From Hemiscyllium ocellatum (taxonomy: Eukaryota), in contig NC_083401.1 in the NCBI RefSeq assembly GCF_020745735.1, positions 124,307,740 to 124,371,739 of the forward strand: 64,000 bases of DNA, read 5' to 3'. The notes under the pieces were generated by a model that had not been told where the DNA came from, did no database searches, and saw nothing but the letters and a program-made list of their open reading frames with translations. The position numbers and the translations under genes were made by a program. Below are positions 21,331-33,090 of the stretch, in pieces; positions within the stretch are counted from its first letter, which is position 1, and each line of letters begins with the position of its first letter.

Positions 21331-23845
21331 GGAGTGGTGCTGGGAAAGCACAGCAGGTCAGGCAGTGTCCGAGCAGCAGGGTGCTGGGAAAGCACAACAG
21401 GTCAGGCAGTATCCGAGGAGCAGGGTGGTGGGAAAACACAGCAGGTCAGGCAGTGTCCGAGCAGCAGGGTGCTGGGAAAGCACAACAGGTCAGGCAGTGT
21501 CCGAGCAGCAGGGTGCTGGGAAAGCACAACAGGTCAGGCAGTGTCCGAGCAGCAGGGTGCTGGGAAAGCACAACAGGTCAGGCAGCATCCCAGCAGCAGG
21601 GTACTGGGAAAGCACAACAGGTCAGGAAGTATCCGAGGAGCAGGGTGGTGGGAAAACACAGCAGGTCAGGCAGCGTCTGAGCAGCAGGGTACTGGGAAAG
21701 CACAGCAGGTCAGGCAGCGTCCGAGCAGCAGGGTGGTGGGAAAGCACAGCAGGTCAGGCAGCGTCTGAGCAGCAGGGTGGTGGGAAAGCACAACAGGTCA
21801 GGCAGTGTCCGAGCAGCAGGGTGCTGGGAAAGCACAGCAGGTCAGGCATTGTCCGAGGAGCAGGATGCTGGGAAAGCACAGCAGGTCAGGCAGTGTCCGA
21901 GCAGCAGAGTGGTGGGAAAGCACAGCAGGTCAGGCAGTGTCTGAGCAGCAGGGTCCTGGGAAAGCACAGCAGGTCAGGCAGTGTCCGAGCAGCAGGGTGG
22001 TGGGAAAGCACAGCAGGTCAGGCAGTGTCCGAGCAGCAGGGTGCTGGGAAAGCACAACAGGTCAGGCAGTGTCCGAGCAGCAGGGTGCTGGGAAAGCACA
22101 ACAGGTCAGGCAGCATCCCAGCAGCAGGGTACTGGGAAAGCACAACAGGTCAGGAAGTATCCGAGGAGCAGGGTGGTGGGAAAACACAGCAGGTCAGGCA
22201 GCGTCTGAGCAGCAGGGTACTGGGAAAGCACAGCAGGTCAGGCAGCGTCCGAGCAGCAGGGTGGTGGGAAAGCACAGCAGGTCAGGCAGCGTCTGAGCAG
22301 CAGGGTGGTGGGAAAGCACAACAGGTCAGGCAGTGTCCGAGCAGCAGGGTGCTGGGAAAGCACAGCAGGTCAGGCATTGTCCGAGGAGCAGGATGCTGGG
22401 AAAGCACAGCAGGTCAGGCAGTGTCCGAGCAGCAGAGTGGTGGGAAAGCACAGCAGGTCAGGCAGTGTCTGAGCAGCAGGGTCCTGGGAAAGCACAGCAG
22501 GTCAGGCAGTGTCCGAGCAGCAGGGTGGTGGGAAAGCACAGCAGGTCAGGCAGTGTCCGAGCAGCAGGGTGGTGGGAAAGCACAACAGGTCAGGCAGTGT
22601 CCGAGCAGCAGGGTGCTGGGAAAGCACAACAGGTCAGGCAGCATCCCAGCAGCAGGGTACTGGGAAAGCACAGCAGGTCAGGCAGCGTCCGAGCAGCAGG
22701 GTACTGGGAAAGCACAGCAGGTCAGGCAGCGTCTGAGCAGCAGGGTACTGGGAAAGCACAGCAGTTCAGGCAGTGTCCGAGCAGCAGGGTACTGGGAAAG
22801 CACAGCAGGTCAGGAAGCGTCCGAGCGGCAGGGTACTGGGAAAGCACAACAGGTCAGGCAGTGTCCGAGCAGCAGGGTGGTGGGAAAGCACAGCAGGTCA
22901 GGCAGTATCCGAGGAGCAGGGTGGTGGGAAAGCACAGCAGGTCAGGCAGCGTCCGAGCAGCAGGGTGGTGGGAAAGCACAGCAGGTCAGGCAGCGTCTGA
23001 GCAGCAGGGTGGCGGGAAAGCACAACAGGTCAGGCAGTGTCCGAGCAGCAGGGTGCTGGGAAAGCACAGCAGGTCAGGCATTGTCCGAGGAGCAGGATGC
23101 TGGGAAAGCACAGCAGGTCAGGCAGTGTCCGAGCAGCAGAGTGGTGGGAAAGCACAGCAGGTCAGGCAGTGTCTGAGCAGCAGGTTCCTGGGAAAGCACA
23201 GCAGGTCAGGCAGTGTCCGAGGAGCAGGATGCTGGAAAAGCACAAAAGGTCAGGCAGTGTCCGAGCAGCAGGGTGGTGAGAAAAGCACAACAGGTCAGGC
23301 AGTGTCCGAGCAGCAGGGTGGTGGGAAAGCATGGCAGGTCAGGCAGCGTCCGAGGAGCATGGTGGTGGGAAAGCACAGCAGGTCAGGCAGCGTCCAAGGA
23401 GCAGGGTGGTGGGAAAGCACAACAGGTCAGGCAGCGTCCGAGCAGCAGGGTGCTGGGAAAGCACGGCAGGTCAGGCAGCGTCTGAGCAGCAGGGTGGTGG
23501 GAAAGCACAGCAGGTCAGGGCAGCGTCCGAGCAGCAGGGTGGTGGGAAAGCACAACAGGTCAGGCAGCGTCCGAGCAGCAGGGTACTGGGAAAGCACCAC
23601 AGGTCAGTCAGTGTCCGAGCTGCAGGGTGGTGGGAAAGCACAGCAGGTCAGGCAGTGTCCGAGCAGCAGGGTGGTGGGGAAGCACAGCAGGTCAGGAAGC
23701 GTCTGAGCAGCAGAGTGGTGGGAATGCACAGCAGGTCAGGCAGTGTCCCAGCAGCAGGGTGCTGCCTGACCTGCTGCGCTTTCCCACCACCCTGCTCCTC
23801 AGATGCTGCCTGACCTGCTGTGCTTTTCCCAGCACCAGTCCACTC
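21331..23845 (+). repeat. 44-bp satellite (about 55 units) with a terminal inverted arm, derived from the hammerhead mini-element flank
   Basis: Unit gcacagcaggtcaggcagtgtccgagcagcagggtgctgggaaa, forward at 21331-23760 and about two inverted units at 23761-23845. It matches 'gtggtgctggaaaagcacagcaggtcaggcagcatccgaggagcagg' seen at 1255-1302, 10468-10503 and 34568-34614. Confidence 0.92.
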
Positions 23846-24561
23846 AAGACTGTGATCTCCCCTGTCCTGACGTTCGCCTGGGCTGTGGAAATGTCAGTCA
23901 CTGTAGATGTTGGAGGGACCGGAGCCAGGCCGGATAGATGCTCTGGGCATCCAGATCAACTGCCATGTAACTGAATGGTGAGAGCAGACTCCAGGGGCTG
24001 AATGGGGATAGCTCTATCCCTAACAATGCCCGTGCCACTCCCACTGAGTTGAGAGGGCATGATTGGCGACCAGTTTTTAGAAAAGGAGGGGGTGGTGGGT
24101 GGGACAGGTAACGTCCAGAAGTCATCACCGAGAATTTTGGCCCCTCAGTGTACAGTGTAATGAAGGTCGAGGTAAACAAGATGTCGATAGTAGTAAACTG
24201 TCATCAGAAGCCTCCTAGAGAAATACAAGTTTAGATGTTACTTGTAGGCTTGTTGTTGACTACTGTGTCGGCTCTCTCAGGGAGCATCGCACCCAAGTAC
24301 CATTCCCCTGCCCTGTATCCCTGCATGTTGTTCCTTTTTAATTGCTGTATAGTTCTTGATTGGATGTGTCAGTTGAGATAGTGCACAGTAGTCTGTGCCA
24401 ATTGTTGCTTGAAAGGGTTTTTCCTCATCACTTTTGCTTTTTTGAATTAGTTTAAGTCTGTGCCCCCTCATTTATGATTCTTTTGGAGGTGGGAACATTT
24501 TCTCACTGCTTGCTCTGCTCATACACTTCATGATTTTGAAGACTTAAGGAATAAAACTCCT

Positions 24562-24870
24562 ATAGTATAGAAGCAGACCACTTGGCCCATTTGAGACCAA
24601 ATGTCCAAATGCATCCATCCTGACGCACTCCCTAACCTGTCGCTGCTCACTGAATTTCCCCTGGCTAATCTTCTAGCCTGCATATCCCAGGATACTACAG
24701 ACAATTTAGCATGGCCAATCCACCTGAACTGCACATCTTTGGACTAAGGGAAAAAAACAGAGCACCCAGAGGAAACCCATAGGGAGGATGTGCAACTCCA
24801 TATACTTGCCCACGGGTAGAATTGTACCCAAGTCCCTGGTACTGTGAGGCAGCAGTGCTAATCACTGAGT
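24562..24870 (-). mobile_element. HE1-like SINE, diverged
   Basis: Reverse-complement V-domain 'gcatggccaatccacctgaactgcacatctttggact...gaaaccca' and head 'gaggcagcagtgctaatcactg'. Confidence 0.7.
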
Positions 24871-26400
24871 CATCAAGCTGTCAAATCAAGTCTCCTCTGT
24901 TTTCTCTTCAAGGAAATCTCCTTCAATTTGTCTTCGTGACTGAAATTATTCTTATAAACCTCTTCCATACTCTTTCCAATGTATTCATGCCCTTTCTAAA
25001 GCTTGGCACCCATAGCTAGACGCAATACTACAAATGAGCCAGAGCAAGTAATTTATTTAAGCTTCATAACATAACCTGCTTGCTTTTGTACACTATGTCC
25101 AGCAATAAAGCTCGGGATATTGTGTGCTTTATCTCGACTTATCCTACTGCCTTCAATGGCACGTGCTCATATATACCCACTGTGTGTATGAGCAAGAGCA
25201 AATGTCACTGACCCTATTTAAAACCACACTCTTTTACGCCATAACCTTAGGGCTACCATATTCTAGTGATGAGGTAAATTCTGTGGTATTCTATTGGGGT
25301 GCAACTGTCACAATTGTTGCCATAAACTGAGGACAGACTTTTGAGGACTGTTTAAAGATTATAGACTTTCAATGGTTTTAACTGACTTTTTTTGGGTTTT
25401 CTGCACCAAGTTTGAATTGCCCACACTGCACAACCTCCCCTCCAGCAATGCTTGTTTTTCCCCACTTCCAGTTAAAGCAGCCCCCACCCCAACACGCCTC
25501 ACATTTTTTGGGACAGTACTCACTCTTATCCATATCCTTGACTTAGAGATTGCTCGTGTTCTAACACCGTTCACACTCTATCACTGCACCCCTGGCACTG
25601 CTCACTCTTCTCCTGTACCCTCTGATTGCTCACTCGCTTATTGCTGGCCCTGCCCACATGCCGAGTGTTGCCCCATCCGCATGTCTAGCACTGTTTTCTT
25701 CCCAGCTTTGTGACCGGGACTTGGCTTAAATCTCCCAAACCTGCTACTTGTCAGAGCTCATCCACCTACCCACCAGCAGTTATATAATGCTTGAATTGAC
25801 CACTGTTATGGTAGGGATTGAACATCTATCCCCTAAGCATTAACCTAGGCCTTTAGTTTTACAACCCTTTGACGTTACTGCAATGCCACCTTCTCCTCTT
25901 TAAATTAAAACTGATATGGACCCAAATCCTCCCATCTCTGGCTCTTTAAAGATGTGCTGTTATTTGAGAGATGCATTTGCATAGGCCCTGCAGCACATGT
26001 GCACCATAATTCCCCAGGAACTTTAAACTTCTGATTTGCTGACTTTCACTTTCTGGAACTTCCACCTGTGTCTTTGATTGTGGACCAAAAAGGCAGGCGT
26101 TACTTCAGAATTACTGCACAGACAATACCTGCCATAATTGAATGTAACTCTGTTGTGCCAACACCTTGCGTCATCCACCAGACAACCAAACACCTTATCC
26201 TCTGACTTAGCACTCACTTGCTGGAAGTTCTCAACCTTGTAAAAGTACCTAAATACAGCAGCTACTGTCGTGAAGAGGAGACTTGTCTTCCCTCCTATCT
26301 CTTCCTGTGTCTGCTGATGTTCTCCAGGGATAGATACTGCCATGTTGATGCTTAAATTGCGATTGGAAGATACAGCTGGAATATTGAATGTTGGTGAATG

Positions 26401-26919
26401 ACACTGCAGGGATCAGTCAGCCCTAAGGTGTTCATTGGGAACAGGACTGACGGTGAGTGAGTGCTGAGATTCTCCTGCCTTGTGATGGGCTTTTATCCTG
26501 GAGCTATCGATGTGAAGTGGCTGAGGAATGGAGTGGTGGTCCTCAGTGTTGAATGCAATGACATGCTCCCCAACTGCTTTGAGACTTATCAGGTGATGGA
26601 GACAGTCAAACTAAGTACAGATGATAGAGAGAGCTACTCCTGTCACATTTAGCATACCAGTTTCATGCAGGAGCTCGAAGTACCCTGGAAACGAATGTCA
26701 CTTGGAGGCATTAAATTGGGAATGATGATCGGAGCAGCAGCCATTTCACTCACTCCTCTTGGGATCTTCATTGGAATTGGTTTCTGAAGGAAGAGACAGA
26801 GTAATCAGCCTTACAGAAACGAGCAGGTTCAGTCAGAGAGCACAGAGGCTAACAGACGATCAAAGGTTATCAGAGACCAGAAGAGACAAATGGAGATCAG
26901 CAGAGAACATCAGATATGA
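26401..26919 (+). pseudogene. Intronless MHC-like pseudogene fragment (C1-set Ig domain, TM, cytoplasmic tail), most similar to a class I alpha3 region
   Basis: One frame reads TLQGSVSPKVFIGNRTDGE*VLRFSCLVMGFYPGAIDVKWLRNG...MLPNCFETYQV...YSCHI*HTSFMQELEVPWKRMSLGGIKLGMMIGAAAISLTPLGIFIGIGF*RKRQ...; three premature stops (26458, 26650, 26785) and no introns between Ig, TM and tail. Confidence 0.8.
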
Positions 26920-28389
26920 TTAGAGTAGCAGAGGCTGGTGTTGGTCAGCATTCTTTTCCCATATTCTTCTGAACCCATGACTGGCATTGATGCCAACATG
27001 GGAGTGTTTGGTGTAATAGTTCCAGCTTCTCTGTGATCTTCACGTTGAGGCTGGCCCCCCTCTTTGTCCAGAACTAGGTTCAGTTTCATTTGCTAACTTT
27101 AAAGATTAACAGTAGTAGTGGAATTGTCCATAAAAAGGAATAGAATAAATAAGGTGCACAGAGCCTATCTCTCATTCAAAAAAAACATAGTCACAGAAAT
27201 CTTTACGTACAGCATCGATGTTTCCAAGACCTTGGTCTGTATTTGTGTGCCAAGAATAAATTGAAATATTAGCATGTAGAGTTGAGGGTAACTATAAGTT
27301 AGAGGATCTGAGCATGATGTATTACTTTGGGAATGAGTTGTTAGCCTTGATAAATAGTTTACTGCTGCAATCTTTATCCTAAGTTTAATCCATTATATGT
27401 AACCAAATCTATGCTAAGATGGCAATTGCCACTAGATGGAGTCTGTATGCAAGTAAAAATACTTTGTTCTTGGTTTGATTTGGCTATTCACACTCCTTGA
27501 ACCGCTGCAGCGGTTCGAATGGAAGGGAATGTGCAGTGCTGTTAGATAAGGAGTTCCAGAATTTTGACCCATTGGAAGTGAAGGAACAGAGATATGGTTC
27601 CAAGTCTGGATGATGTGCAAGATGATGGAGGAGAATTTGCACATAGTAGTGTTCCCGTGCATCTACTGTAATTATCCTTCCAGGTGGTAGAGGCTGCAAG
27701 TTTGAAAGGTGTTCTCTAAGGAGCCTTGGTGAAATGTTGCAGTGTCTCTTTTTAGATGATATACACAATTAACACTTTATCAGTAGTGGAGGGAGTGAAT
27801 GATGGTGGTTAGGATACCAATCATGTGGATTGCCTCATCCTTAATGATATCAAACGCTTTGAGTGTTTTTGGAGTTGCACCCGCCCATGGAAGTGGGAAG
27901 TATTCCACCACACTCCTGACTTGTGTCATAATGGTGCTGGCAAGCGAGGGGAGATGGGAGGTGAAATCCTCACTGAAGAATTCTAAATTTTGAACTGCTC
28001 TTGTAGTCAATGACCTTGTATGATTGTTCCAATTCAGTTTCTGATCAGTGGTAACCTCAGAAGTTTAATAGTGAGGATTCAGGCATTGAATGTCAAGGAG
28101 TCTTGATTGGATAGTCCCATATTGAAGATGGAAATTGCTTGATACTATTTGCTATTTAGCAACCCAATTGTGAAGTGTCCAGATTTTGTTGCATTTAGGT
28201 ACAGATTGCTACAGTGTTTGAAGAATCACAAATGGATCTGAACATTGTGCAATCTTCAGTGAGTAACCCTCTTCTGACCTCATGATGAAGGGGAGGTCAT
28301 TGAGGAAGCACTTGAAGGTGGTTAAGTCTAGGCTGCAAAGATGTCCTAACTCTGGAATGATTTATATCCAAAAACCACAACCATCTTAA

Positions 28390-31300
28390 TGTAGAAACTA
28401 AGAGCAGAAGTAGGCCACTCTGCCCTCAGAGCCTGCTCTACCATTAAGATGATCATGGCTGATTTTGTATCTCAGTGTCATATTCCTGCTATTTCTGCAT
28501 ACTCCTTCATGTCTTTAATACCAAAATATCATCTTTTTTTTCTTGAATATATTATGATCCGGCCTCCACAGCTTCCTGTAATAGTGAATTCCATAGTTTA
28601 ATCACTCTGAGTGAAAGAATGCTTTTTCATTGCAGTCCTAATTGGCCTATCCCCATATCCCAAGACTAGCCCCTGGTTCTAGATTCTGCAACCAATTAAA
28701 GCATCCTTCCTGCATCTCATCTATCAAGCTCTTTCAGAATTGTATACATTTCAATCAGATTCCCCCCTCCCCCCTCCTTCAATCTTCTAAACTCTAGTGA
28801 GTGCAGGCTCAGTCAGTAGACAGGCCTGCCATTCCTGATATCAGCTTAGTGAATCTTTGCACTCTCTCCACAGCAAATACATCCTTTCTTATGAAGGAAG
28901 ACCAAAATTGCACACACAACTCCAAATGCAATCTAACAAGGCTCTGTATAACTGCAATGAGATATCCCCATATCTGAACTCCCATTCTCCTGCAATGAAG
29001 GATAACATATCATTTTCCCACCTAACTGTTTAATTGTCTGGGTACAAAGACAAACAGATTCCTTTACAGAGGAACCTCGATTATCCGGCTTTCAATTAAT
29101 TGAATTTTGAATGATCCGAACAAGCTAGCAAGGTCCCGATGCTTGGCTAACTATGTTATCCGTCCTTCAATTAACCAAATGAAATACTCCAAGTCCTTCG
29201 GATAATCAAGGTTCCTCTGTGTACAGCCACGCTTCCCAATGTATCACCATTTCAGCAATATTTTATATCCTCCTTACAATTCTCAATCATACCTAGTTGT
29301 TTTATTGTCAGCAAACACTAAAATATTACATTTGGTTCCGACATCATTTATTTATAAAGTTGGGTCCAAGTACTGATCCCTGAAGTATACCATTAGTCAC
29401 CACCTACTTGGAAGACAATCCATTTATTTTCAGAAATTGCTGGAAGACTTCAGATCTGGCAGCATTTGTGGAAAGAAATCAGAGTTAATGTTTCTGGTCC
29501 AGTGACTATTCCTCAGAACTGATGTTTATTCTCATTCTGTTTCTGGTATGTCAACCAATTCTCACTCTTTGTTAGTTTTTTTTAAACTCCGCTTCCATGT
29601 GCTTTCATTTTGCCCACTAATCTCTTATGTGAGACCATATCTAAAGCTGTCTTGAAATCTCAATGTAACATTCACTGGTTCTTCCTTATCTATTCAATCA
29701 TTTACATCCTCAAAAGATAGCTAAGCATGACTTCCTTTCATAAACCTTGACTGACTTTGTCACATTCCATTGACACTTTCCAAGTGTTCTATTATCACAT
29801 TTTGTAATAGATTTTAGAATTTTCCCCATTTCTGATTTTAGGCTACTTGGTTGACAGTTCTTTGTTTTCTCTCTCCCTCTTTTTTTAAAAGTAGGGGTTA
29901 CACATGCTGCCAATTGTAGAAACTGCTTCAGAGTACAATGAAATTTAGAAAATGAAGACAGGAAATTGTCAGCGTTTAATCTCATTAATTGCTGCAGCTA
30001 ACTTCTCACTAGACCTTTTATTTCTCAACATTTCTGGGAAATTATTTGTTCTCTTTTGTGAAGACAGAACCCAATGTATGTGTTCAATTCTTCTGACATT
30101 ACTTTATTCTCCGTTATAATTTCTCCATTTCTGCATTTGTCTTCACTAATCTATCTTTCTTCACATACTTACTGAAGTTTTTACAACTTTTATGTTCTAT
30201 AGTTTAATCACTCTGAGTGAAAGAATGCTTTTTCATTGCAGTCCTAATTGGCCTATCCCTATATCCCAAGACTAGCCCCTGGTTCTAGATTCTGCAACCA
30301 ATTAAAGCATCCTTCCTGCATCTCGTCTATCTACTTTTTAGTGGAAGTTCTTCACATTGAAACACAATGCTTTCAGGCTTGTCTTTTTAACCTCGTTAGT
30401 CATCTTAGCTTTGTTTTGCACTATGATCTCAATTGTTAGCCACCTATTTTGTCTCCCTTACACTTTTGCTTTTGCTTTTCTCTCTCTTGCTTCTCTAGAG
30501 GAAGCTCTATTCCTTCCCCATGATCAATCTTTTTGTCCGGCTTTGCTGAATTCTGAATTAGTCCTTAAGTTGGCATTTTTATGTGTTTTCTCTTTGGATC
30601 TCAAAATGCCCCTCATTTCTTTTGTAAGCCATGGTTGTGTCCTTTCCTGTTTTAACTTTGCACCAGATAAGGATGAATAATTGCATGCATTCCTGAAATA
30701 TTAACCATTGCCAACCCTTAGTAAGGTTCCACAACAGTTCAATGGCTACACATGTCTCATATCTTTGTAGTTCCCTTTACTTAGATTCAGGACTCTAGTT
30801 TTAATTTTAACTTCTTCATTCTCTACCTGAGTGCATAATTCTATTATCTTCTGGTTGCTCTTGCCCAGTGGATTCAACACATAAGATTATTAAATAATAC
30901 TTTATTGCACAATACCTAGTTGAGGGTGGCCTGCTTTCATCATCTTTCCTTAACATATTGTACAAAACACCATCATCTGTACAAAGGAAATGCTCCTCCG
31001 CAGTACTATGTTAATTTGGTTTGTTCAGTCTATGTGTAGAATAAAATATCCATGATTACAATTGTACCCTTATTTCATGGGTCTCTAATCTCCTTTTTAA
31101 TGCCTTCTCTTACATCTGTTTGTGGCCTATTGACAACACTCACCCACATTTTCTGCCTTTTGAAGTTTCTTCTGTTCACCCATACAAATTCTACATCATG
31201 ATTTTCTGAGCAAACTCATCCTTGGTTAACAATTCTATACCACCTCCTTTCCCTATTTTCTGCCCATCCTAAATATTGAATATCTTTGAATGTTCAGTTC

Positions 31301-31600
31301 CCATCCTTGGACACCCTTCAGCTATGTCTGTATAATTGCAACCTTGTCAAAACCATATATATCTATCTGCACTGTTGATTCATCTACTTTTTTGTGGAAG
31401 TTCTTCACATTGAAACACAATGCTTTCAAGCTTGTCTTTTTAACCTCGTTAGTCATCTTAGCTTTGTTTTGCACTATGATCTCAATTGTTAGCCACCTAT
31501 TTTGCTTCTTGCTTTTCTATCTTTTGTTTCTATCTTGTCCGCAGTTCTACATATTCCTGCTCAGTTCCCATCTCATCCCCCAATAGGACTAGCAAACAGC
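28390..31600 (-). mobile_element. Old, heavily degraded CR1-like LINE with nested MITE and templated insertion
   Basis: Minus-strand remnants such as FKKRGREKTKNCQPSSLKS..GKILKSI (ORF 29710-29985) and CR1-type 3' sequence at 28400-28700. Confidence 0.55.
29067..29219. mobile_element. pogo/Tigger-like MITE
   Basis: TIRs cagaggaacctcgattatccg / cggataatcaaggttcctctg; TA on the left, TG on the right. Confidence 0.75.
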
Positions 31601-32029
31601 CCCAGAGGGCATTCGTCCCAGAGCAACCCATCCTGTTTGTACTGGAACAAAAATAAATTGCTGGAGAAATTCATCAGGTTTGGCAGTATCTATAGAGAAA
31701 AAGCAGAGTCAACATTTTGTGACAAGTGACCCTTCTGCAGTTTTCTAACAATTTCTGTTTTTCTTTCAGATTGCCAGCATCGTCAGGTTTTTGTATTTTG
31801 TTTACGGCTTGTACTGGTCCCATCTTTCCGGATCTGGGTCCCAATGTCCCATGAATCTGAATTCCTCTCCATGCACCATATCTTCAATCCCTGATTCATC
31901 TGAAATGTTATTTCTGCATTTACTAGCTCGTACACTACTACCTTTGAGGTTCTACTTTTTAAATTTATTTTAAATCTTTTTTTAAACATATTTTTGTTTG
32001 CACAGCCACTGGCTATTCACCATCCCGAT

Positions 32030-33090
32030 TGTAAGTTTGCTCACTGAGCTGGAAGATTTGTTTTCAGACATTGCATCACCATGCTACTTAACATAATCAG
32101 TGAGCCTCCGGTGAGGTGCTGGTATTCTGTCCTGCTTTCTGTTTGTGTCTTGGTCTGTTAAGGTGGGTGATATCATTTCCAGTTCTTTTTCTCAGAGGTT
32201 GGTAAATGGAGTCCAAACTGATGTTTTATTGATGGAGTTCTGGTTTGAATTCCAGGTATCTGGGAATTCCCATGTGTGTCTTTGTTTAGCCTGTCCTCAG
32301 ATGGATATGTTGTCCCAGTCGAAGTAGTGTCCCTCTTCGTCTGTATGTAAGGATACTAGTGATAGTGGGTCATGTCTTTAGGTGGCTAGTTGGTGTTTGT
32401 GCTTCCTGGTTTTTCTGCCTGTCTGTCCGATGTAATGTTTATTATAGTTCTTGCACGGTATTTTGTAGATGACATTCATTTTGCTGGTTGTTGGTACTGG
32501 GCCTTTTAGATTCATCAGTAGCTGTTTGTGTGTTGGTAGGTTTATGTGCTACCATGATGACAAGGAGTCGGAGTAAGTTTGGAAGTCATCTCCAAGATGT
32601 CTTTGTATGGTAGGGTGGCATGTTGTGTCTTTCTTGTTTGGGTTTGTTGTTTAAGAATCGGTGGAATGTGTTTATCGCATACCCGTTGTTCTTGAATTCG
32701 CTGTGTAGGTATTTTCTTCTGCTTTCAGTTCCTGCAGCCTGTTGTGGCCCGTTTAAATGTCATGATGCACCTCAGTTTGTGGGTGTTGGGATGATTGCTT
32801 CTGTAGTTAAATATCTGGTTTGTGTGTGTCGCTTTCCTGTCGACGCTGGACTGCAGTTCTCCATTAACTGTTTGTTCCACTGTGGCATCTAAGAAGCGGA
32901 GTCTGTCGTTGTTCTCCTCCTCTCTTCTGTGAAATTTACGCCAGTAAGGATGTAGGTTTCCTCTAATGTGTTCCATTTTGTGATAACAAAGGTGTCATCC
33001 ATGTAGTGGACCCGAAGTTTGGGTTGGATTGTGGGGATGGCTGTTCATTAGAATCTCTGCATTATTCACTATCCCATTAATAATGCCAGA
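32030..33090 (-). mobile_element. Penelope-like element, second family: RT (YMDD), GIY-YIG endonuclease and terminus; degraded
   Basis: Minus strand gives ..HYMDDTFVI; REEENNDRLRFLD..VDRKATHTNQIFNYRSNHPNTHK; NVIYKIPCKNYNKHYIGQTGRK. Degenerate hammerhead-like terminus at 32067-32100. Confidence 0.85.

Noticed and set aside
20799-21768. 293-aa and 290-aa ORFs across the CpG island
   Set aside because: Only 20911-21027 is BOD1L1 coding; the rest is GC-rich read-through past the GT donor or an alternative frame.
21365-23813. ORFs of 160-603 aa with 44-residue repeats
   Set aside because: A 44-bp unit translated through all three frames gives 44-aa repeats; overlapping ORFs in every frame indicate a satellite, not a gene.
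21331-23845. CRISPR-like array
   Set aside because: Units are contiguous with no unique spacers, there are no cas genes, and the DNA is vertebrate.
26461-26652. Functional MHC or Ig exon
   Set aside because: In-frame stops on both sides and within the domain, no splice sites at the domain borders; treated as a pseudogene.
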